The notes beneath the pieces are model-generated. The model did not search any database. It was not told where the DNA came from and was given only the letters and a program-made list of their open reading frames with translations. Both the position numbers and the translations under genes were made by a program. Of a stretch of DNA of 64,000 nucleotides, positions 28,125 through 37,014 are shown piece by piece (the first letter of the stretch is position 1; each line of letters starts with the position of its first letter). The DNA comes from Candidatus Defluviibacterium haderslevense. GTDB taxonomy: Bacteria; Bacteroidota; Bacteroidia; Chitinophagales; Saprospiraceae. The DNA lies in contig JADJRL010000003.1 of assembly GCA_016712225.1 (NCBI GenBank), positions 2,559,831-2,623,830 on the forward strand. Direction: 5' to 3'.

Positions 28125-28934
28125 TTAATCAGTATGTTTATTTAATTTCTTTTCTATCTGCAACAAACTTTTCTGAATATCTGATAATTTATCATCCTGC
28201 CATTGATCATAATTTAATTTGGGATCATGATATGCAATATGAGCTTGGTATTGCCATATTTCAAATACTTCATCATAACTTATTTCTACCATTGGAAATA
28301 TGGTATTATCTGAATGAAGCGCTAATTTCTTAGTTTTATGATTGGGAACAATTCTTTTGTATACGATACCATTTTCTTTGGTTATCAATACATAAGTATT
28401 CCCTGCAATAATATCTTCAAATTTAGGAATAGATACACAAATGACTATAGTACCGGACTCAATGGGTAGCATGCTGTCGCCTCTGATTTCAAATCCTCTA
28501 AATGGACCTTTTTTAAGTTTTGGAATCGAAAATCTGGGCAACTCTTTGATGTATTCAGGGTCCTGCAGACTTTCAATGTAACCTGCTTCAGCAAGAACAG
28601 GGACCAATTCTACATTGGGAGTAAATGGTTCTGACAATGTATGATCCTGATCTTCGCGATTTAAATAAGATTGAATCAAATCATCATTTAATTTTTTCTT
28701 GACTAAATGTTCAATAGAAATATCATAGAGATTGGCAATTTGAATCAGTGTGTCCAAATTCGGTTCTGTGTGTCCTCGTTCATAATCCCCCAGTGTTGTG
28801 CGTGGGATGCCTAATTTTTCCGATATTTGCAGTTGTGACAAACCAGCTTTTAAACGTAAAAATTTAATATTATCAGCAAAATTCATATTAAGATTTGGTT
28901 GCAAAGTTAAGTCAGTCGAATTATTCGGCATCAA
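28125..28934 (-). CDS. XRE-family HTH repressor fused to an S24 (LexA/CI-like) self-cleaving peptidase domain
   Basis: HTH_3 (LRLKAGLSQLQISEKLGIPRTTLGDYERG) with S24 catalytic motifs RGDSMLP (Ser) and VYKR (Lys). The start may be the internal ATG at 28886 (MNFADNIKF). Confidence 0.85.
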   Translation of the reverse strand: MMPNNSTDLTLQPNLNMNFADNIKFLRLKAGLSQLQISEKLGIPRTTLGDYERGHTEPNLDTLIQIANLYDISIEHLVKKKLNDDLIQSYLNREDQDHTLSEPFTPNVELVPVLAEAGYIESLQDPEYIKELPRFSIPKLKKGPFRGFEIRGDSMLPIESGTIVICVSIPKFEDIIAGNTYVLITKENGIVYKRIVPNHKTKKLALHSDNTIFPMVEISYDEVFEIWQYQAHIAYHDPKLNYDQWQDDKLSDIQKSLLQIEKKLNKHTD

Positions 28935-28969
28935 TAATTGGGTATTATTTAAAATAATATTTTGAATTC

Positions 28970-30151
28970 ATGAATTGGAAACGAACTTATATGCAGTTTT
29001 GGCATCGTCATCCTTGGGTGACCTGTTCGTTTTTTATATTCATGATCATTGCTTTTTTATTATCTTTTATCATTGGGTCTCATCCTTTTTATTGTAAATT
29101 CAAAGGTGAAAGTTATTTTCTAGTTTGGTCTAAAGAAGCTCCTATTGGTTCAAATCTTCAGGAAGCATTGCTTGAACATCAATTCAAATGGGAGGAAATT
29201 GATTTTGATTTAGCATGTTGGCCAATTTTTCATATAGATCCCTATAAGACTCATCAGGAATTGTCTTGGTTGCCACCAGGGACTTTTAACTCAGAAGCCA
29301 AGTTTATTTTGGGCAGTTATGAATTGGGAAGAGATGTTTTAACTTCATGTTTGGTTGGATTACAGCAAGCTTTGTTTCTTAGTTTTTTAAGTATCTGCAT
29401 AGCATTAATTCTGGGATTACCTTTAGGATTAGTAGGAGCATACTATCAAAAAACCGGAATCAGATTATCCATGTGGAGTGCTATGGGCTTCCTTCTTATT
29501 TTAGGAATAAGTTGGTATCTGATACTGTTACTTATAAGTTTTAAAATACTAAATGGATTTATTGGAATTCTATTTATTCTCATTTTGATCGCCTTGATTG
29601 GTTTTAGTTTCAATGTATGGAACCGAAAACCGGACTTAATCATTTATCCGGATTTTTATGTTGTAAAAAGTATTGAGTTTATTAAATCCTTACCATTGCT
29701 TATGATCATGTTAATTTTATTACAATGGATAAACAAACCTAATCTTCTTTTTTTAAGTTTGTTTATAGGATTATTTTATGCTTTTAGTATTGCAAAATAC
29801 ACCAGATATATTGTAAGGTCAGAAAAGGAGATGACTTATATCTCTGTGTGTAAATCGTTGGGTTATTCAGATGTAAGAATTATGCTCAAGCATTTATTAC
29901 CTGCTGCTTTTCAAACTTTATTGCCATACATTGCATTAGGTATGGGGAGTGTGGTATTATTGGAAGCCAGTATATCTTTTTTGGGTTTAGGCTTACCCGT
30001 TGAATCCATAAGTTTAGGTCAAATGATGCATAGTGCGCGGTCCTATCCCTCGGCATGGTGGGTGGTTATTTTTCCCGGAGCATGTGTTTTTTGGATCGTT
30101 TATTGTTTTCAGACTTTAGGTACTGGATATACATCAAAATTTAATGAATGA
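28970..30151 (+). CDS. ABC transporter permease (DppC/OppC-like), with no cognate ATPase or binding protein nearby
   Basis: 393 aa, multiple TM segments and the EAA-type loop LLEASISFLGLGLP. Confidence 0.8.
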   Translation: MNWKRTYMQFWHRHPWVTCSFFIFMIIAFLLSFIIGSHPFYCKFKGESYFLVWSKEAPIGSNLQEALLEHQFKWEEIDFDLACWPIFHIDPYKTHQELSWLPPGTFNSEAKFILGSYELGRDVLTSCLVGLQQALFLSFLSICIALILGLPLGLVGAYYQKTGIRLSMWSAMGFLLILGISWYLILLLISFKILNGFIGILFILILIALIGFSFNVWNRKPDLIIYPDFYVVKSIEFIKSLPLLMIMLILLQWINKPNLLFLSLFIGLFYAFSIAKYTRYIVRSEKEMTYISVCKSLGYSDVRIMLKHLLPAAFQTLLPYIALGMGSVVLLEASISFLGLGLPVESISLGQMMHSARSYPSAWWVVIFPGACVFWIVYCFQTLGTGYTSKFNE

Positions 30152-30230
30152 GATATTCACCTTGCGTTTATTCGTAAAGCTTTGAAAAATGAAATGATTT
30201 TGATTATTTTAATAAATTAAATGGAGAAAA

Positions 30231-30662
30231 ATGGAAGCATTTAAAAAATGGATTTACACGGGTACATTTGGAATTAGAATTGATTTTGTATTGATGCTTT
30301 TGAGGGTCGTATTCGGTGCTTTGATGATGATGCATGGATATCATAAGTTATTAAATATAATTTCTGGTCAAGTGGAATTTGCTGATCCAATTGGGATTGG
30401 GGAAAGTCTATCTTTATATTTGACTGTATTTGCAGAATTTTTTTGTTCCATTTTGTTGATTGTAGGATTGATGACACGTCTTGCGCTTATCCCATTGATG
30501 ATAACGATGCTGGTAGCACTTTTTATCGTTCATCAACATGATCCATTGGGAGAAAAAGAAATTGCCATATTGTATTTGATAGGATTTTATGCTATCTATT
30601 TAGCTGGACCCGGAGGGCTTTCAATGGATGCCAAATTATTTAAAACCAAAACAAACGAATGA
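30231..30662 (+). CDS. DoxX-family membrane protein
   Basis: 143 aa with four TM segments and the typical DoxX pattern (LLRVVFGALMMMHGYHKL...FAEFFCSILLIVGLMTRLA). Confidence 0.8.
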   Translation: MEAFKKWIYTGTFGIRIDFVLMLLRVVFGALMMMHGYHKLLNIISGQVEFADPIGIGESLSLYLTVFAEFFCSILLIVGLMTRLALIPLMITMLVALFIVHQHDPLGEKEIAILYLIGFYAIYLAGPGGLSMDAKLFKTKTNE

Positions 30663-31480
30663 TAAATTTAGAAAAGGATTTAGTGTTTTTTGATGTAGAA
30701 ACTACGGGATTACACGTTATTCGGGATCGAATTCTACAATTGGCTATGATCAAATATTCCAAGAAGAATGGCCCAGTAGAAGAAATGATGATGTTAATTA
30801 ATCCGGGGATACCCATTTCAGAGGAAGCCATGAGGATACATGGGATAACTCCTGCAGATTTAGTTAATAAACCTGTTTTTGCACAAGTGGCTCAAAAAAT
30901 CTTTGATTTTATTGGAGATGCCGATTTGGCTGGTTATAACTCTAATCGATTTGATATTCCGATACTCATGGAGGAGCTTGCCAGATGTGGATTTGATCTG
31001 GAAATTGAAAAGCGCCGACAAATTGATGTGCAGCGGATATTCTATAAAATGGAACCCAGAACTTTGAAAGCCGCCTATCAATTTTATTGTGGAGCACCAT
31101 TAGAAGGGGCGCATGACGCTTTGGAAGATGTTCGTGCAACGATTAAAGTATTGGAAGGCCAATTAGAAAAGTATGAATCTACACCCTTTGAGAATGAAGA
31201 TGGAACGGTCATTGAACAAGCCATTAAAAATGATGTACAATCCTTGCATGACTTCACCAATGATATGAAAACGCTAGATGCGACACAGCGTTTGAAATTC
31301 AACGAAAAAGGAGAAATCGTATTTAATTTTGGAAAATATATAGGACAGGTGGCTGACAAAGTACTCTATGAGGATAGGAATTACTACCATTGGATCCAGG
31401 AGAAAGAATTTTCATTTCAATTAAAGAAAATAGTTAAACAGTTACTCAAAGATTACGAGCAGAAATTAGCTAAAAAATAG
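30659..31480 (+). CDS. DnaQ-like 3'-5' exonuclease (DEDDh)
   Basis: Exo I FFDVETTG, Exo II LAGYNSNRFDIPIL and Exo III HDALEDVRAT. It overlaps the preceding stop by 4 nt. Confidence 0.85.
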   Translation: MINLEKDLVFFDVETTGLHVIRDRILQLAMIKYSKKNGPVEEMMMLINPGIPISEEAMRIHGITPADLVNKPVFAQVAQKIFDFIGDADLAGYNSNRFDIPILMEELARCGFDLEIEKRRQIDVQRIFYKMEPRTLKAAYQFYCGAPLEGAHDALEDVRATIKVLEGQLEKYESTPFENEDGTVIEQAIKNDVQSLHDFTNDMKTLDATQRLKFNEKGEIVFNFGKYIGQVADKVLYEDRNYYHWIQEKEFSFQLKKIVKQLLKDYEQKLAKK

Positions 31481-31554
31481 ATGTTAGAAGATTCATACTA
31501 ATGGAGAACTTTTAAAGTATTTAGTTCGTTAACTTATTAAATTAAATTGTCGAT

Positions 31555-32298
31555 ATGAGATTGATTTTATTATTATTTATGGTGGTTGGTGGTTCATTTT
31601 TGAGATGCAGTATGCCGCATCATCAGGATGAGTTTTTTGGAGATGTTGAGTTTGTTTTTAAAGGAAGGTATGTTAATGAACCTTTGGTCATGGGTAAAAA
31701 TTATTCTTACTTCGATCAATCACTCATCAATTTTACAAAATCTGAATTTTTCATCAGCCAATTAAAACTTAAGAGTGCAAGCCATGAACACCTTCTTACT
31801 GATATTGCCTTTATTTCTTTAACAGAAAGTCATGCGACAATTGAGCTATCTGAAGCTGGATATAAACTTAAATTTAGTCATATTCCGGTAGATCAATATA
31901 GTGTATTGAGTTTTGGTATTGGCGTGCCATCCAATTTAAATTCAAAAAACCCTTCACAATTTGATATAAATCATCCATTGGGTGAGGGAAGTCATTATTG
32001 GTCTGGATGGAAGAGTTATATTTTTTCAAAAACTGAAGGTGTTATGACTAATGGTACAGATGCCACCAATTTTGCCTACCATTCCGGATTTGATTCAGCT
32101 TATCGCTCTTTTGAATTCCAAAAAAATATAACCGTTAAAGCAAATGAGACCACTCAAATAGTTGTAGAAATGGATCATCAAAGACAATTCGGGACTTCGA
32201 CACAGTTTGTAAATATTGCTCAGGATCCGATTTTTCACGATGGGGGGCCGTTTATGATTACGTTTATGAATAACTATCAGTCTAGTATTCATTTATAG
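31555..32298 (+). CDS. MbnP-like periplasmic protein (partner of a di-haem peroxidase)
   Basis: 247 aa with a signal peptide. The assignment rests mainly on size and its position 5 nt upstream of an MbnH/CCP-like gene, the known MbnP-MbnH arrangement. Confidence 0.45.
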   Translation: MRLILLLFMVVGGSFLRCSMPHHQDEFFGDVEFVFKGRYVNEPLVMGKNYSYFDQSLINFTKSEFFISQLKLKSASHEHLLTDIAFISLTESHATIELSEAGYKLKFSHIPVDQYSVLSFGIGVPSNLNSKNPSQFDINHPLGEGSHYWSGWKSYIFSKTEGVMTNGTDATNFAYHSGFDSAYRSFEFQKNITVKANETTQIVVEMDHQRQFGTSTQFVNIAQDPIFHDGGPFMITFMNNYQSSIHL

Positions 32299-32303
32299 TT
32301 TAT

Positions 32304-33404
32304 ATGTTATTTAGGAATTATCATTTAGTGTTGTTGCTGGTTATGGGGATTGTATTTTACAATTGCCATGAAGATAAACCCTTAGATCATGATGATTTGA
32401 CCCAAATAACATATGATCCTAAGGAATATGTTGTCCAGATTCCATATGGATTACAAGAATTGCCAAAGATATTAGATAATCCAATGACCTATGCAGGTGT
32501 TCAGTTGGGTAGACATTTGTTTTATGATCCTATCTTATCATCAGATTCTACGTTATCATGTTCTAGTTGTCACAATCCAAGATTAGCCTTTACTGATGGT
32601 CAGGCTTTTAGTAAAGGGGTTAATGGTCAGATTGGTACAAGAAGTTCGATGTCTTTATTGAACGTCGCCTATTTTACCAAAGGATTATTTTGGGATGGCA
32701 GATCAAAGACACTTGAAACTCAGGCTTTAGAACCGGTTAAGAATCCAATTGAATTGCATGAAGAATGGCCAAATGTGATTCATAAATTTAAGCGACATCC
32801 TGATTATCCTAGGATGTTTCGTGAAGCTTTCGGGATTAGCTCTAAAACAGAAATCACCCAAGAATTGGCTGCTAAGGCCATAGCCCAATTTGAACGAATA
32901 TTATTGACCGGAGGAAATAGTCTTTATGCCAAGCAACTTAGGGGCGAGATATTTTTTGATTTAGATCAACAACAAGGTATGGATATGTTTTTTAACAGTG
33001 ATCCTTCATTACCTGATGCTCAGTGTGGTCATTGTCATTCAGCACCAACCTTCTCTGCTAATGATTATTTCAACAACGGGTTGGATACGGTAAACAATCT
33101 AGCAGATTTTAAAGATAAGGGAAGGGGTGCGGTTACCGGAATATTATTGGATAATGGCAGATTCAAAGCGCCAACATTATTTAATATAGAATTATCGGCT
33201 CCATATATGCATGATGGAAGATTCAAGACTTTAGATGAAGTCATGGATCATTATACAGGACAAGTTAAGCGGGTTGCCAATATTGACCCTAATGTTGCCA
33301 ATCTCAGGATAAATACGCGTCAGCGAAAACAGGTGATGGCTTTCATCAAGACCTTGGTTGACACTACTTATTTACAAAATCCGGATGTTTTGAGCCCTTT
33401 TTGA
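32304..33404 (+). CDS. Di-haem cytochrome c peroxidase family protein (MbnH/CCP-like)
   Basis: Two haem motifs, CSSCH and CGHCH, plus the conserved PYMHDGRFKTLDEVMDHY segment. Confidence 0.85.
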   Translation: MLFRNYHLVLLLVMGIVFYNCHEDKPLDHDDLTQITYDPKEYVVQIPYGLQELPKILDNPMTYAGVQLGRHLFYDPILSSDSTLSCSSCHNPRLAFTDGQAFSKGVNGQIGTRSSMSLLNVAYFTKGLFWDGRSKTLETQALEPVKNPIELHEEWPNVIHKFKRHPDYPRMFREAFGISSKTEITQELAAKAIAQFERILLTGGNSLYAKQLRGEIFFDLDQQQGMDMFFNSDPSLPDAQCGHCHSAPTFSANDYFNNGLDTVNNLADFKDKGRGAVTGILLDNGRFKAPTLFNIELSAPYMHDGRFKTLDEVMDHYTGQVKRVANIDPNVANLRINTRQRKQVMAFIKTLVDTTYLQNPDVLSPF

Positions 33405-33687
33405 TTTTTTTTCATCTTTTTTTCAATTTTTTTCAAAATAAATGGACCTAAAAAATAGTTTTTTGGGAACATTCAAGTAGGTATTTTTAAATTGTATTAT
33501 TTTATAATATTGAAATACAGTATTTTATATATTATTATTTAGTAATATTAAAATAAATTATATATGATACAAGCCTTTTTTTGTACTTGTGGGCGGAAAA
33601 ATAATGTCGGATCATTGTACTGTGATTGTAGACAAAGGGAAGAAATACAATCAAAATGCTGGTAAAAGTATCAGCGACCGTAAATTC

Positions 33688-33710
33688 GGATATGTTCATG
33701 GGATTATAAT
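33688..33710 (+). repeat. Copy 1 of the identical 23-mer GGATATGTTCATGGGATTATAAT, immediately followed by a 17-bp-stem hairpin (33711..33756)
   Basis: Read directly; the 23 nt are identical to 33819..33841. Confidence 0.8.
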
Positions 33711-33818
33711 TTGTTAATAGGAAGTTGCGCCAAGATTGTGCAACTTCTATTAACAAATTTTCACAGAGCATCTAGATTGATTAAAGATTCATGAGATTTA
33801 TAAAAGTTAAGCTAGTTT

Positions 33819-33841
33819 GGATATGTTCATGGGATTATAAT
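33819..33841 (+). repeat. Copy 2 of the 23-mer, immediately followed by a 9-bp-stem hairpin (33841..33867)
   Basis: Read directly; it lies 131 nt downstream of copy 1. Confidence 0.8.
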
Positions 33842-33924
33842 AGCCAGTTGTTGCCTTCAACTGGCTATTTCCTTTAAAAAGAGTTAATTTTTTCGGATAA
33901 ACCTATTTCAAAACGAAAAACAGA

Positions 33925-33956
33925 AGTCCTGCCTTAAACGGCGGGACTTTTTTTTT
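33925..33956 (+). terminator. Strong rho-independent terminator in the mbnH-prc intergenic region
   Basis: Stem AGTCCTGCC/GGCGGGACT (one G-U pair) with loop TTAAAC, followed by about eight T. No protein gene ends nearby, which implies a non-coding transcript. Confidence 0.75.
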
Positions 33957-34023
33957 GGGAGGTATTTAAAGACCTTTTTTCATCTATGTAAATACATAAG
34001 CTTACAACAATGAATAAATAATC

Positions 34024-34039
34024 TACGAAATACTTCGTA
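34024..34039. promoter_or_regulatory. Third copy of the TACGAA-N4-TTCGTA palindrome (TACGAA-ATAC-TTCGTA), upstream of the prc promoter
   Basis: Perfect dyad lying 18 nt upstream of the -7 box at 34057. Confidence 0.55.
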
Positions 34040-34056
34040 ACAATAAAATAAAATCA

Positions 34057-34064
34057 TACTTTTG
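34057..34064 (+). promoter_or_regulatory. -7 promoter box TACTTTTG upstream of prc
   Basis: Exact TAnnTTTG match about 100 nt upstream of the first ATG. Confidence 0.45.
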
Positions 34065-34164
34065 CACCAACATTCAGGGTTTATAAAGATAAACGATGCA
34101 TTTTGGTTAAATAATTCAAAAATGTTAAGATTCGGTGTAATCGATTTCTTTAAATGAATGTTAT

Positions 34165-36285
34165 ATGTCTTATTCAATAAAAATGGAAAAAAAAATGAAT
34201 TCTAAAAAAAGTTGGTTTTTGTTAATACCCCTCATTGTATTCGTTGCGTATTTCTCTGGCCACTGCAAGCAAATAGGCGAACCTACTACAAAAGAAGCTG
34301 CCATATTGCAATTGATTTATAAGCAATCTCAGAATTATCATTACAATCCGCCTATTGTTGATGATAAGTTTTCTTCAAAAGCATTTGATGAATATATGGA
34401 AAATTTGGATCCGGGAAAACGTTTTCTTACTAAAAAGGATATCAAAACCCTTGAACCCTATCGAGAATTAATAGATGATCATTTTAAAGAAGGCAACATT
34501 GAATTTTTTGAAAAATCATTAACATTGATACTTGATGCTACTGCCCGATCAGAAAGTTATTATAAGGAATTTATAGATCAACCAGTAAGTTTTGACAAAG
34601 AAGAATCCCTTGAGATCGATCCTGAAAAACGCAAATGGCCTGAGAATGAAAGTGAATTAAAAGATTATTGGAGGAAATCCATTAAATATGAATTATTGAG
34701 TCGGTATTATGACGATCTGAAGACTTTAGAAAAGGATAAAAAAACCAGATCTGTAGATTCGATTCTGTACGATGCCCGCAAGGACGTGAAAGAAATGATG
34801 GATGCATGGTATAAGAGAATGGCAAGTTTACAGCGGTTAGATCGTTTTGAAATTTTTGCAAATACCCTTATACATTTATATGACCCGCATACTGACTATT
34901 TAACACCAAAACAAAAAGAAGATTTCAATATAAATATGTCCGGGAAATTAGAAGGCATTGGAGCACGCCTTCAAACTGAAAAAGAATATACCAAGGTGAG
35001 TTCTATCGTCCCTGGTGGTCCTGCCTGGAAGCAAAAGGAATTGGAAGCTAATGATATCATCATGGGCGTACAACAAGATAAAATGGAAATGGTCGATATT
35101 AAAGGGATGGTAATCGATGATGTGGTAAAACAAATTCGTGGAAAAAAAGGAACTAAAGTTACGCTGAAGGTTAAAAAATCAGACGGTAATATTAAAGAAA
35201 TCACGATAGTACGAGATGAAGTCATCATGGATGAAGGATTCGCACGTTCTGCATTTATAGATGTAGATAGTGTATTATCCAATGTAGGATATATTAAATT
35301 ACCAAAATTCTATGCTGACTTTGATAATCCTAATGGCACCAGCTGTTCCAGAGATGTCGCTAAAGAATTGAAGAAATTAAAAGCGGAAGGAGCAACAAGT
35401 GTGATTCTTGATCTTCGATATAATGGGGGAGGTTCACTTCAGGAAGTTGTAGAAATGTCCGGTTTGTTTTTTGAGCAAGGTCCTGTGGTTCAGGTACGCG
35501 ATAGGACAAATACAAATCCATATTCAGATAATGATAGCTCGGTTGATTTTGATGGTCCGGTAGTGGTCCTGGTCAATAGCAATAGTGCATCTGCATCAGA
35601 AATAATAGCAGCTTGTCTTCAAGATTACAAACGTGCCGTTATCGTTGGTGGTGAACCAACATTTGGAAAAGGATCTGTACAACGATTCATTAATTTCGAT
35701 CGGATTCCTGGTAATGATCAATTTAAACCATTGGGAGATATGAAAATCACCATTCAAAAATATTATCGGGTCAATGGTGGGTCAGTACAATTGAAAGGTG
35801 TAGAACCAGATGTTATACTACCTGATATTTATTCTGAAATTGATAATGGTGAGAAGGAATATGAGCATCCAATGCCTTATGATGTTATAGACAAGAAAGA
35901 GGTCAATCAGAATACCTATGTTATCTCAAATATTGAAGAAATTAAGGCTAAAAGTAAACAGAGAATCAAGTCAGATTCTACGTTTACACTGATCACAGAA
36001 CAAGCTAAAAAACTAAAAGAAATGCGTGACCAGACGGTGTATTCCTTAAACTTCAATACCTATAAATCTACTATGGATAAGCGCAAAGAAGAGGCAAAGA
36101 AATTCGATAAAATAGGAACCGGAGAATTACCTGATTTGAAATCAAGTAATATCAAAGAAGACATGGCTTATATTAATGTAGATTCGTCCAGAATCGGAAG
36201 AAATGAAGATTTCTTAAAAAACATTCGTAAAGACTTGCAGATCTATGAATCTGTTAGAATCTTAAAAGACGTTCAGAAAAAATAA
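34165..36285 (+). CDS. prc: Tail-specific (C-terminal processing) protease, S41 family, with PDZ domain
   Basis: 706 aa with a PDZ domain (GIGARLQTEKEYTKVSSIVPGGPAWK...) and an S41 core (LDLRYNGGGSL, NSNSASASEI, GEPTFGKGSVQ). Alternative starts are at 34183 and 34195. Confidence 0.9.
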   Translation: MSYSIKMEKKMNSKKSWFLLIPLIVFVAYFSGHCKQIGEPTTKEAAILQLIYKQSQNYHYNPPIVDDKFSSKAFDEYMENLDPGKRFLTKKDIKTLEPYRELIDDHFKEGNIEFFEKSLTLILDATARSESYYKEFIDQPVSFDKEESLEIDPEKRKWPENESELKDYWRKSIKYELLSRYYDDLKTLEKDKKTRSVDSILYDARKDVKEMMDAWYKRMASLQRLDRFEIFANTLIHLYDPHTDYLTPKQKEDFNINMSGKLEGIGARLQTEKEYTKVSSIVPGGPAWKQKELEANDIIMGVQQDKMEMVDIKGMVIDDVVKQIRGKKGTKVTLKVKKSDGNIKEITIVRDEVIMDEGFARSAFIDVDSVLSNVGYIKLPKFYADFDNPNGTSCSRDVAKELKKLKAEGATSVILDLRYNGGGSLQEVVEMSGLFFEQGPVVQVRDRTNTNPYSDNDSSVDFDGPVVVLVNSNSASASEIIAACLQDYKRAVIVGGEPTFGKGSVQRFINFDRIPGNDQFKPLGDMKITIQKYYRVNGGSVQLKGVEPDVILPDIYSEIDNGEKEYEHPMPYDVIDKKEVNQNTYVISNIEEIKAKSKQRIKSDSTFTLITEQAKKLKEMRDQTVYSLNFNTYKSTMDKRKEEAKKFDKIGTGELPDLKSSNIKEDMAYINVDSSRIGRNEDFLKNIRKDLQIYESVRILKDVQKK

Positions 36286-36337
36286 TATTCCTTTAATAAA
36301 ATATTGGATTACAAATCAATTCCAAAATCAGTAAAGA

Positions 36338-36378
36338 GAAGGTCGTATGTTGTAAAATATACGGCCTTCGTTTTTTTT
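36338..36378 (+). terminator. Rho-independent terminator after prc
   Basis: Stem GAAGGTCGTAT/ATACGGCCTTC (one G-U pair), followed by GTTTTTTTT. Confidence 0.75.
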
Positions 36379-36853
36379 AAAAAGAAATGATTGAGTTTGG
36401 TTATACTTTAGAAAAGAGTTATTTAAGGCTCATTTATGATAACAATTTAGTTCTGTATTATTGATTATAATTTTTCATTTTTATTATTAGGATTTCAAAA
36501 TGAAGGATGAATGAACAACTTCAAATTATTTTCAAAGTTATAAACGACCAGTCATTTATTAGGGGTAGTTCCTCTCACTAACCATTTTTTTGATAAAAAC
36601 CTTGGCCTATCTTGACTATTGGGCTGATATTCCATACTACGTCATTCCGGATGGTTTACAAGCAGTCGGGATAGTGGTTCATGTAGTATCTAAGATATTT
36701 CAAGGTACTATGACTTGATGTAGTTTATTTCCATCAGTTTAAAGCTTATTTTAGTTAGTGTATTATTAATGATTAGTTAGATAATCCATATACTAAAATT
36801 CATAAGTAAGTTCCCACAGCTTAACTCGTCATGGACGAAACATGTTCCAGGGC

Positions 36854-36895
36854 TTAACCACGACTTATCCACGGCTTATCCACGACTTATCCACG
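36854..36895 (+). repeat. Four head-to-tail 11-bp units carrying DnaA-box-like 9-mers (TTAACCACG, then TTATCCACG x3)
   Basis: The 9-mers start at 36854, 36865, 36876 and 36887. Three of them match 8 of 9 positions of TTATCCACA. Confidence 0.7.
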
Positions 36896-36900
36896 TTTGT

Positions 36901-36921
36901 TGTCTTGTCCTAAAATAGCTA
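36901..36921. repeat. Extra, solo copy of the IS3-element terminal repeat (TGTCTTGTCCTAAAATAGCTA) abutting the element
   Basis: Identical 21-mer repeated in tandem at 36901..36921 and 36922..36942. Confidence 0.7.
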
Positions 36922-37014
36922 TGTCTTGTCCTAAAATAGCTATACAGGTTAATAAATAAATCCTAAAATGACTATGCAAATATAATTTTTAATCCTAAGT
37001 AAGGTATACAAGGT

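Noticed and set aside
33688-33841. Possible CRISPR array, suggested by an identical 23-nt repeat.
   Set aside because: There are only two copies, with a 131-nt period and unequal spacers that contain hairpins. No cas genes are in the window.
33535-34177. Minus-strand ORFs 33535..33771 and 33980..34177 in the mbnH-prc spacer.
   Set aside because: They have no start context, and their products are hydrophobic, low-complexity and AT-driven. The first is built across the 23-mer and hairpin repeat, and the second overlaps the prc promoter and start. I treat the region as non-coding.
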